Positions 29,557 through 37,962 of a stretch of DNA of 64,000 nt are shown here, one piece after another. Within the stretch, counting starts at the first letter, position 1. Each line of letters begins with the position of its first letter. Source of the stretch: Candidatus Methanomethylophilaceae archaeon (GTDB taxonomy: Archaea; Thermoplasmatota; Thermoplasmata; Methanomassiliicoccales; Methanomethylophilaceae); assembly GCA_050944155.1 (NCBI GenBank), contig JBMNQN010000001.1:64001-128000 (forward strand). Reading direction: 5' to 3'. Made by a program: the position numbers and the translations under genes. The notes beneath the pieces were generated by a model, which did no database searches, was not told the DNA's origin, and saw only the letters and a program-made list of their open reading frames with translations.

Positions 29557-30714
29557 TCAGGTTATTATTTCTTCCAGGCGCTCCTGTTCTATTGCACGCC
29601 TGATTTCCATGGAAAGTCTTCTGCCCGTGCTCATCTCCTTTCTCCAGAGCGCATTTCCGTAAGGGTGTCCCACGGACATGTGGACGTTGGTTCCTCCGCC
29701 TATGCGGGGCGCAACGTCGTAAATGAAGAAATTGAGATCTTTGTCGACGCAGGTCTGCAGGCAGAACGGACCTATTATTCCGGGGTCGTAATACTTCTTG
29801 GAGGCCTCCACGTATTTTTCGGCCATGGCAAACGCCTTGTCCAGAAGAGACTCTCTGAGAGTGGCCGAGTTATGTCCGCATACGGTGTACTCGGGAATCA
29901 CTCCCATTTCTTCCAGTTCGACCTGCTGTTTTCCGGGCAGCCTCGCGTATCCGTCCAGAGAGCTTTCGAATCTCCAGTCGATTCCGAGAAGCTCGAGTTT
30001 TTCTCCTTTTTCTTCCAAGGGAGAGTAGAAGAAATCCAAATTGAACACGGGACCGATGATGTACTGTTCCATTCTGGCGTGTTTAAGGAAATCTTCTTCG
30101 ATGACGCCCTGCGAAATCAGTTCTTCGGATTTCTGCACGAATTGATCGTAATCTTTGACGGTGAAGAATCCTCTCTCGAGTTTTTTGGTCTTATGATGGA
30201 CCTTGATTATTGTCAGGTCGTTGATGTCTTCGGGTTTTTCGACCTTTTTGGGGAACGGAAGACCCGCTTTCTCGAGAATCCAATAATAATCCCTTTCGTC
30301 ACCTCTTTCTTCCGAGCGCAGAAGGTTTCTGCTGCCGACGATGGGAACGGCGAAATCGTTTTCGATTGCGTCTATGCCGCAGTACGCCACAAGAGAACGG
30401 TTGGGAACGAACAGTACGTTGTTTTCTATGAGACCGTTCTGGATTTCGGGTTTGAGAATGTCCGAGAATCTGTCGAGAACCACGGTTTCGTCTACGGCTC
30501 CTCTGACTATTTTTCCGGAGCCGTCCCTCTGGGCTCTGAAGTAGTTGTTGAAAGTTTTCTCCCTGCCTTTCTGGCACACGGCCACGGTTCTGAATCCCTC
30601 GGAAACGGCTCCGTCGCAGGTGTCAAGCGCCGAGTGGGATCCGAGCACTCCGACTTTGGCTTTCTCGGGATTAATCTTTTTCAGGTTCCTGATTACCGTG
30701 TCCCTGTCTATCAT
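29557..30714 (-). CDS. purP: Formate--phosphoribosylaminoimidazolecarboxamide ligase family (PurP)
   Basis: GSHSALD, VPNRS, ERGFF, IIGPFCLQ, PRIGGGTN, MSTGRR. Confidence 0.92.
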   Translation of the reverse strand: MIDRDTVIRNLKKINPEKAKVGVLGSHSALDTCDGAVSEGFRTVAVCQKGREKTFNNYFRAQRDGSGKIVRGAVDETVVLDRFSDILKPEIQNGLIENNVLFVPNRSLVAYCGIDAIENDFAVPIVGSRNLLRSEERGDERDYYWILEKAGLPFPKKVEKPEDINDLTIIKVHHKTKKLERGFFTVKDYDQFVQKSEELISQGVIEEDFLKHARMEQYIIGPVFNLDFFYSPLEEKGEKLELLGIDWRFESSLDGYARLPGKQQVELEEMGVIPEYTVCGHNSATLRESLLDKAFAMAEKYVEASKKYYDPGIIGPFCLQTCVDKDLNFFIYDVAPRIGGGTNVHMSVGHPYGNALWRKEMSTGRRLSMEIRRAIEQERLEEIIT

Positions 30715-30850
30715 TTCGTTCCTCTCGTTTCCGTAATCCGTCCCTTATATTATATTTTGTTGAAACGGGGACGTGTATCATCTGAAACGCCGTATTTTCC
30801 ATAGAAGGTAAAAATACGGCCGCGGTCCTAGATATCGGCGGATGGTGCGT

Positions 30851-30958
30851 ATGTCGGAACTGTGGTTCGATACCGAAGGGATGATGTCCGCCGGATACCT
30901 CGGCGAATGCGAAATCTGCGTTCCCGTTTCCGGTACCGTCTTCATAGACGGCATGTAA
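30851..30958 (+). CDS. Possible 35-aa small protein or gene remnant with CxxC
   Basis: MSELWFDTEGMMSAGYLGECEICVPVSGTVFIDGM*, preceded by GGTG; host-like codons. Confidence 0.3.
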   Translation: MSELWFDTEGMMSAGYLGECEICVPVSGTVFIDGM

Positions 30959-31287
30959 GCGGACATCAAACGTTTTAGGGGCAACCCGTCCGAACGTTCC
31001 GAAGGCCCCGGATCGTTTCAGAACACATAACGGGCCTTACCTTCGTTTTTCGTTCTGTAAAAAAAAGACTCATCCCCCGACCGAGTTCATCGCATGTGCC
31101 AGACACAGATATTTTCTTCAAATCCAAGCAGAAAATAAGTGCAAATAGCGACGCTTCGAAACACTCCGTGAGCAGGAGACGGTTACGGATTCTTCGGCTC
31201 CGCAAAAGTTTCCGGAAAGATTCGGACAACCATATTAAATACGAACAAAACCTACCGTTTTCTGCAAATAATTTAGGATGGGGATGC

Positions 31288-34200
31288 ATGAACTATAGAA
31301 CGCTAGTCGGGATGCTAGCGGCGGCCTTCGTAGTTTTGGCTGCGGCAGCAATGGTTATGGACGGCGGAGACGCCGACGCGTATACGGACGAATCGGGTAT
31401 AGAGTTCAGGATCGACGGAACCGAAGCCGCCGTCGTTTCATACGGCGGAGACGCCGGAAATCTGATTATACCCGCAGAAATTTCCACGGATACCGGAACT
31501 TACGGCGTATCGGCCATCGATCGGGACGCCTTCAGAGGAAACGAAGTTCTGGTTTCGGTTTTCATACCCTCTTCGGTGAAAACCATCGGAGCGGGAGCGT
31601 TTATGGAATGTCCGTATCTGGAATCCATTGAGGCAGACCCGTCGAACGATGTTTACGATACCGTTTCCGGTTCCCTGTTCTCCGAAGGCGGAGCATTCCT
31701 CATACAGGTGCCGGGTGCCGCGTCGTCCGTCGACATCCCCGAACAGACGTCAGGCATCCACAGGCGGGCGTTCGTCGGCTGCAGTTCCGTAGATTCGATA
31801 ACCGTGGACGAAAACAATTCATTTTACGTAACCGTCGACGGCTCTCTCTACACGGCCGACGGAAAAACGCTTGTACGCGCGGTAACCGGAATATCGGATT
31901 TCGCCGTTCCGGAGAACGTAGAGGAAATTGCGGCGGCCGCATTCTACGGCAACACCGATTTGATCTCGGTGTCGATACCGTACGGAGTCGAAACCATAGG
32001 CGAAAGCGCCTTTTACGGATGCATCAGTCTTGTCTCCCTGAAGATTCCCGCAAGCGTGACCGATATCGGCAGATTCGCCTTCGAGAGATGCGGTTCTCTC
32101 AGCTCGGTGACTCTTCCCGATACGGTATCTCTGGGATACTGGGTATTTCAGGGATGCAGCGCGCTCGGACTGATTACGGTTACGGGCGACACGGTTACCG
32201 ATTACTCGGGCTTTGTTTCCGGAACATGGGCTTCCGGAGCGATAATCATCATAAACAGCACGGCCCCCGTCGATCTTTCGGCGGCAGTATCCGGCGCAGC
32301 CGGATTCGGAATATCCGGTAAGACGGAAAACACGGTGAACCATCCCGCCATACTTTCCGAAGAAGGAAATCCCGTCGATGCACCCGTTCCCGGAACCATA
32401 TATCTGAAGACCCAGGACGGCAAATGGAAAGCCACCAGCGACAGGGCCGCAGTGATATTCGATTCCGCGGGAGACACCGTAGGACTTTCCGCGACAGCGG
32501 GAATGACCGCCCCTCTTCCCGCAGATCCGGTCATAACCGGAAAAAGATTCGCAGGATGGTATTCGGACATAGAACTTACCCGGGCCTGGGATGCGGATAC
32601 GCTGGTTAATTCCGGAGTCACGACCGTGTATGCGAAATGGTACACCGTTCTCGACGATGTGCCGCCCGCAGCCGAACCGGTATACAACGGCGCGGAACAG
32701 GCTGGAGTGCTTCCCTGCGAAGGATACATAATATCCGGAAACACCGGCGTTAATGCGGGAAGCTACACGGCTTCGGTCGTACCCGCGGAAGGATACGAAT
32801 GGTCCGACGGAACCACCGACGAAAGAACGGTGCACTGGAAGATTCTGCCTGCGCCTCTCACCGTGAAGGCGTCCGATAAAACCGCCGTATATCTTGGCGG
32901 TGTTCCGGAATTCGAAGTCGAATACACGGGACTGGCAGGGGAGGACACCCCGGAATCTCTGAACGGAGAACTGATTTTCGTCTGCGCTTACGTTAACGGA
33001 GACGGAGTCGGAGATTACGAAATATCCGTCGAAGGTCTGGCGTCTTCCGATTATTCCATAACTTTCGCAAAAGGAACTCTCAAAATCACGCCGGCCGACA
33101 TAGAAGCGTCGGTCGAACCTTACGGCGGAATCTACGACGGAGAAGGACACTCCGTTTCCGTTTCGGTTTCCAGTCCCGGAACTCCCGTAATCAAGTTCGG
33201 AGAAACCGCCGAAGACTGTGTTTACGACTCGATCGAGAAGACGGACGCGGGAACCTATACGGTATACTACAGAATAACCATGGCCAATTACAAGGATTTG
33301 GAAGGTTCCTCTCGGATAGTCATTCAGAAAGGAACCATAGATTCTTCGAACCTCGAATGGGGAGACGGAACCAGGGAATTCGACTACGAAGAAGGAAAAA
33401 CCGTTACGATCGAACTGAGCGGCAGTCTGCCCCACGGCGTGGAAGCGTACCGTGCCGGAGTGTACAAAGCATCTGCATCCGGAACCTACCTGGCGTACGC
33501 GGTTTTCGAATTCGACGAAGCGAACTACAACCAGCCCGATCCGATGTACTTCGAATGGAGGATAATCGGAACACCCGTATCCGAACCCGAGGCGATAGGC
33601 GATTTGGTCTACACCGGAAAAGCCGTCTCCGGAGTAATCAACTTCGAACCGGACGGTACCAGCAAGATATACAGAACGGTTTACGGAACCGCGGCGGAAA
33701 CGGATGCGGACGAATACAGAGCATTGGTCGCGCCGCAGCCCCAGTATACCTGGAAAGACGGAACCTCGGATCCGGTAATGATTCACTGGTCGATTTCCAA
33801 AGCGGAAATAGACATGGAAGCGTTCTCCTGGGATTATTCGGAGAGTTTCGTCTATGACGGAGAAGAAAAGAAAGTCGATCTTCTCTGCGAAAAACAGCCC
33901 TTCGGAATAACTTCCTGGACGGTTTCCGGAAATATCGGAACCAAAGCCGGAATCTATACGGCGGAAGCGGTATTCGAATACGACGCACGCAACTTCTTCG
34001 CTCCCGAATTCGGAAACCTGGAATGGGAGATAAAGAAGGCCGACATAGTTACCGACGGACTTCAGTGGAATTACTCGTCCGCGTACACCTATAACGGTTC
34101 GGAACAGGGCGGTTTCGCAATAGTCGGAGATCTTCCCGCCGGAATAACGGGTCCCGCCGTGATTTCCGGAAACACCGCGACAAATGCCGGAACGTACACT

Positions 34201-34626
34201 GCGGAAGCGGTATTCCCGTACGATTCCGAAAACTATAACGAACCGGTATTCGCACCGATAAAATGGGAGATTCTTAAAGCGGAAATAGACCTGTCCGGAC
34301 TGTTCTGGGACTATACGGAACCTCTGATATTCGACGGAACTTCCAAGACTGTTCTCCTTGCGGGAGAACTTCCCGTCGGAGTTTCCGAAATAGCGTACGA
34401 AGGGAACACTGCCACGGAAACAGGAAACTATACCGCATCGGCGGTACCGGTGTACGATTCGCTGAATTACAACGAACCGGCCGCGATCCCGGACCTTGAG
34501 TGGGAAATCCGCTATTCCGGCGGAGCTATGTCTTCCGGAGGAGCCAGTCTCGTGACCGGAGTCGTCATAGCCGCAGCAACCATTGCGGCTCTGGGCGGAG
34601 CGGTTCTGGCGGTAAGGAGACTCTGA
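31288..34626 (+). CDS. Large cell-surface adhesin-like protein (BspA-type LRR, InlB B-repeat, MBG-like and tandem Ig-like repeats)
   Basis: Signal peptide from ATG 31288; IPSSVKTIGAGAF / IPASVTDIGRFAF LRRs; GKRFAGWY...VYAKW B-repeat; PAPLTVKA MBG-like; repeated GNT-x-x-x-AG-x-YTA modules; C-terminal TM ending in RRL. Confidence 0.9.
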   Translation: MNYRTLVGMLAAAFVVLAAAAMVMDGGDADAYTDESGIEFRIDGTEAAVVSYGGDAGNLIIPAEISTDTGTYGVSAIDRDAFRGNEVLVSVFIPSSVKTIGAGAFMECPYLESIEADPSNDVYDTVSGSLFSEGGAFLIQVPGAASSVDIPEQTSGIHRRAFVGCSSVDSITVDENNSFYVTVDGSLYTADGKTLVRAVTGISDFAVPENVEEIAAAAFYGNTDLISVSIPYGVETIGESAFYGCISLVSLKIPASVTDIGRFAFERCGSLSSVTLPDTVSLGYWVFQGCSALGLITVTGDTVTDYSGFVSGTWASGAIIIINSTAPVDLSAAVSGAAGFGISGKTENTVNHPAILSEEGNPVDAPVPGTIYLKTQDGKWKATSDRAAVIFDSAGDTVGLSATAGMTAPLPADPVITGKRFAGWYSDIELTRAWDADTLVNSGVTTVYAKWYTVLDDVPPAAEPVYNGAEQAGVLPCEGYIISGNTGVNAGSYTASVVPAEGYEWSDGTTDERTVHWKILPAPLTVKASDKTAVYLGGVPEFEVEYTGLAGEDTPESLNGELIFVCAYVNGDGVGDYEISVEGLASSDYSITFAKGTLKITPADIEASVEPYGGIYDGEGHSVSVSVSSPGTPVIKFGETAEDCVYDSIEKTDAGTYTVYYRITMANYKDLEGSSRIVIQKGTIDSSNLEWGDGTREFDYEEGKTVTIELSGSLPHGVEAYRAGVYKASASGTYLAYAVFEFDEANYNQPDPMYFEWRIIGTPVSEPEAIGDLVYTGKAVSGVINFEPDGTSKIYRTVYGTAAETDADEYRALVAPQPQYTWKDGTSDPVMIHWSISKAEIDMEAFSWDYSESFVYDGEEKKVDLLCEKQPFGITSWTVSGNIGTKAGIYTAEAVFEYDARNFFAPEFGNLEWEIKKADIVTDGLQWNYSSAYTYNGSEQGGFAIVGDLPAGITGPAVISGNTATNAGTYTAEAVFPYDSENYNEPVFAPIKWEILKAEIDLSGLFWDYTEPLIFDGTSKTVLLAGELPVGVSEIAYEGNTATETGNYTASAVPVYDSLNYNEPAAIPDLEWEIRYSGGAMSSGGASLVTGVVIAAATIAALGGAVLAVRRL

Positions 34627-34633
34627 AACCCTT

Positions 34634-34677
34634 TCGGGAAACCTTCCGGTACACAAAAGTGCCGGAGGTTTTCCCGA
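34634..34677 (+). terminator. Long hairpin after the adhesin (putative terminator)
   Basis: TCGGGAAACCTTCCGGTAC-acaaaa-GTGCCGGAGGTTTTCCCGA, near-perfect ~19-bp stem. Confidence 0.55.
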
Positions 34678-34977
34678 TGTGCCACGAATAAGAAACTGTA
34701 AGCCGAAAAGGAAAATCGGCCTGCATCAGTCCGTCTGCAATCAAACTTCGAAACGGTGACAGAATTATATCGGAACGGAATTAAAGAAGTATTTCGGATT
34801 AGTTTTCGCCGCCGTTATCGTCCTCTAAGGTGTTCCGTCCGAAAACCATTGCACATAGTGAAAAAACGGTGAATGCGTGGGATGACCGAGATCATCTTGT
34901 CACGCCTTATTTCACTGACATAAAATTTCACTATGTTCCAAATAACCTTATGTTTAGAACATCAGCCAGATAGGAAG

Positions 34978-35053
34978 TGGTAGCCTCGCGCAGATTCGAA
35001 CTGCGGTCCCAAGATCCAGAGTCTTGAATGATTGACCACTACACTACGAGGCT
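34978..35053 (-). tRNA. tRNA-Gln (CTG)
   Basis: AGCCTCG/CGAGGCT acceptor stem, CAAGA-ctCTGga-TCTTG anticodon arm, TTCGAAT T-loop, encoded CCA. Confidence 0.97.
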
Positions 35054-35102
35054 GTTAAGTCCTCCAACGCGGTAATATTTTAATACTTTTCGTCGGAGGG
35101 TT

Positions 35103-35729
35103 TCACTGAACGGCTTTTTTGACTTCGGAGAATATCTCGTCTATCGAACCCGTGCCTTTTATCGTGACGAGTTTTCCTTTCTTTCCGTAATATTCGATCA
35201 GGGGGAAAGTGTTCTCGCGGTAGACTTTAAGCCTGTTTTTCACGGTTTCGGGTTTATCGTCGTCTCTTTGGTAGAGTTCGCCTCCGCATTTGTCGCATAC
35301 GCCGGGGGCTTTCGGAGGGTTCGAAGTGAGGTGGAACACCGAGTTGCAGGAAGGACACGAGCGCCTCTGGGTAAGCCTTTCCACGAGTTCCTCGTCGTCT
35401 ACGTCGAGATTTATCGCAAGATCCACGTCAATTTCTTTTTCCAAAGCGTCGGCCTGTTCGATGGTACGGGGGAATCCGTCGAAAATGACGCCTCCCTCGG
35501 TCTGAGCGATTTTTTCTTTCATAAGACCGATAATCAGGTCGTTGGGCACCAGTGCGCCGCTGTCCATGTACGTTTTGGCTTTGAGTCCCAGTTCCGTTCC
35601 GTTTCTTACGGCTTCCCTGAGCATGTCTCCGGTGGAAAGTCTGGTGTATCCCAGTTCGGAACTCAGTTTCTCTCCCTGGGTACCTTTGCCCGATCCCGGG
35701 GGTCCGAGCAGTACTATCTTGGATTTCAT
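35103..35729 (-). CDS. adk: Adenylate kinase (bacterial type, zinc lid)
   Basis: LLGPPGSGKGTQ, STGDMLR, DGFPRT, CPSC...CDKC lid, QRDDD. Confidence 0.96.
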   Translation of the reverse strand: MKSKIVLLGPPGSGKGTQGEKLSSELGYTRLSTGDMLREAVRNGTELGLKAKTYMDSGALVPNDLIIGLMKEKIAQTEGGVIFDGFPRTIEQADALEKEIDVDLAINLDVDDEELVERLTQRRSCPSCNSVFHLTSNPPKAPGVCDKCGGELYQRDDDKPETVKNRLKVYRENTFPLIEYYGKKGKLVTIKGTGSIDEIFSEVKKAVQ

Positions 35730-35833
35730 AGCATCCCGCATCGGGTTACCCGTTATAGCACTTTTGTTCTCCCTGTTTTTCCATTGGTATACTTTATAAG
35801 CTATGAGCGGGAATACATCTAACGGTGTTTAAA

Positions 35834-37267
35834 ATGGACAGGAAGATACTTGACAGAATCGAGAAGGTCGTAGGCAAGGAAGGTTATTCCGTAGACCCTG
35901 CGGTTCTTTACATATACGGATTCGACGCGTCAATCTATCATCACACTCCCGATGTGGTCGTGCAGCCCCGTACGACCGAAGAAGTTTCCGAAATAATGAA
36001 AATCGCGTACGAATACGGAATACCCGTAACTCCCAGGGGAGCAGGAACCGGACTCTGCGGATCCGCGGTACCCATTCACGGCGGAATAGTTCTCGCCATG
36101 CAGAAGATGAACAAGATCAAAAAAATAAGCGTAGCGGATCTCTGGGTCACCGCCGAAGCCGGCGTTGTTTACAACGATCTCAACGAAGCGCTCTCGGAAT
36201 ACGGATTCTTTTTCCCCCCTTCCCCGGGTTCGGGGGAAGCCTGCACCATAGGAGGAATGGTGGCCAACAACGCATCCGGCATGAGAGCCGTGAAATACGG
36301 AGCGACCAGGGATTTCGTGCTCGGTCTCACTTTCGTCAAAGCCGACGGAGAGATCGTCGTAGCAGGAACAAACACCATTAAAGATTCGTCCGGATTCCAG
36401 CTGGCACGTCTCATGTGCGGCTCCGAAGGACAGCTGGGAGTCATAACCGAAGTGACTCTGAAGCTTACTACCAAGCCCAAGAAATCCGCGTCCTGCATAT
36501 GCGCCTTCGACGACGTGGAAGCGGCGGGCAGATGCATATCCAACATCATAGCCAAACCCCTGATTCCCGCGTCCTGCGAGCTTATGGATTCTCTCGCCAT
36601 ATACGCGGTTAACAAAGCCAGGGGCAACCCTCTCCCCGACTGCAACTCCCTGATCGTAGTGGAAGTGGACGGCGAGACCGACGAGATAATAGAACGCGAC
36701 CTGAAAATCGTGGAGGAAGTCGCCAAAGAGAGCGGCGCTAAAGAGGTAATACCTTCCCACGACAAGAAGGAAATCGCCAAATGGACCGATGCAAGAAAAT
36801 CCGTTATGACATCTCTGTCCGCGCTCAAACCCGGACACGTGTCCGTTTCCCTTGCGGACGACATGGGCGTCCCCATTTCCAAAGTCCCCGAAGCGGTCAA
36901 GGCGTTCGAAGAGATTGCCAAAAAGTATAACGTTACGATAGCCACCTACGGCCACGCTTCCGACGGAAACCTGCACACAAAGATGGTTCTCGATCCGTAC
37001 AGCAAAGACGACTGGGACAGAGGTGTCGCCGCCGTCGGCGAAATATTCGAGAAGTGCATCGAACTGGGCGGAACCGTCTCCGGAGAACACGGAATCGGCA
37101 TGTCCAAGGCGGCGGATTTCATCAAAGAGAGGAATTCCAACCTGAAGACTTACGCCGAAATCAAAAAGGCCATGGATTCCAAGAACATCCTCAACCCCGG
37201 AAAATCTTTCGAGTTCGAAGGAAACACCCTCAGAGGACTCAGATATCCCTGCAAAGAATATCAGTGA
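35834..37267 (+). CDS. FAD-binding oxidoreductase, GlcD / D-2-hydroxyacid dehydrogenase family
   Basis: PRGAGTGLCG, IGGMVANNASG, GSEGQLG, GHASDGNLH, GEHGIG, LNPGK. Confidence 0.9.
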   Translation: MDRKILDRIEKVVGKEGYSVDPAVLYIYGFDASIYHHTPDVVVQPRTTEEVSEIMKIAYEYGIPVTPRGAGTGLCGSAVPIHGGIVLAMQKMNKIKKISVADLWVTAEAGVVYNDLNEALSEYGFFFPPSPGSGEACTIGGMVANNASGMRAVKYGATRDFVLGLTFVKADGEIVVAGTNTIKDSSGFQLARLMCGSEGQLGVITEVTLKLTTKPKKSASCICAFDDVEAAGRCISNIIAKPLIPASCELMDSLAIYAVNKARGNPLPDCNSLIVVEVDGETDEIIERDLKIVEEVAKESGAKEVIPSHDKKEIAKWTDARKSVMTSLSALKPGHVSVSLADDMGVPISKVPEAVKAFEEIAKKYNVTIATYGHASDGNLHTKMVLDPYSKDDWDRGVAAVGEIFEKCIELGGTVSGEHGIGMSKAADFIKERNSNLKTYAEIKKAMDSKNILNPGKSFEFEGNTLRGLRYPCKEYQ

Positions 37268-37271
37268 GCGT

Positions 37272-37901
37272 TCAGAAGAATACTCCCATAACGATCAGGA
37301 CTTCCAGGACGCCTGTCGCAAGCATGGCGCCCCACACTCCCGTGTTCCATTTGATGATTTTCGAACCGTCGAGGGGAGGGAACGGGATAAGGTTGAACAG
37401 TGCCAGTATTGCGTTCAGATATGCTATCATGAACAGAATGATATTGCCGGTTAACAGCCAGAGTGCTATTCCGACGGCGCCTATAGTCAGATTCACGGCC
37501 GGACCGGCGGCGCTGATTTTACCGTTCTGAACGTTATTGATACGTCCGTTGATCCAGACAACGCCCGGAGCGGCGAACAGAAATCCGCTGAACGATATGG
37601 CTACAGCGATGAGAAGTCCGGGAATAGACATCCTGTATTCGGACCATGCCCCGTATCTCTGAGCCAGAAATTTGTGTCCCAGTTCGTGGGGTATGAAACT
37701 CATCGTCACGAGAATTAGGCATATCACGTACATGGTCAGGAAAGCGTAAATCCCCATAGACCACTGTCCGGACATCATTGCCAGGGTAAACGCGAGAGCC
37801 AGCATAAGGACGGAAATTATTATCTCCCTGATCTCGCGTTTGCTGAATCTCGGCCCCCCGTATCCCGGGGTTATGTTGTAAGCTCCTGAGATGCCGTCCA
37901 C
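37272..37901 (-). CDS. Site-2 protease family (M50) membrane metalloprotease
   Basis: HELGH, AGPAVN, FNLIPFPPLDGSK. Confidence 0.92.
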   Translation of the reverse strand: MDGISGAYNITPGYGGPRFSKREIREIIISVLMLALAFTLAMMSGQWSMGIYAFLTMYVICLILVTMSFIPHELGHKFLAQRYGAWSEYRMSIPGLLIAVAISFSGFLFAAPGVVWINGRINNVQNGKISAAGPAVNLTIGAVGIALWLLTGNIILFMIAYLNAILALFNLIPFPPLDGSKIIKWNTGVWGAMLATGVLEVLIVMGVFF

Positions 37902-37962
37902 GGTCGCATAACCGTCTTATCGTTTATAAGGTTAGAGTCCATCATCATAAACGGAGGAAACC

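Noticed and set aside
30715-31287. att duplication of the tRNA-Gln 3' end bounding the adhesin
   Set aside because: Only a short AATCTGCG match near 30913, in the wrong orientation; not a credible att site.
31096-31287. N-terminal extension of the adhesin in the ORF track
   Set aside because: The signal peptide starts at ATG 31288; the upstream part looks non-coding.
31819-34656. 945-aa minus-strand ORF
   Set aside because: Antisense shadow of the adhesin; no motifs; expected from codon bias.
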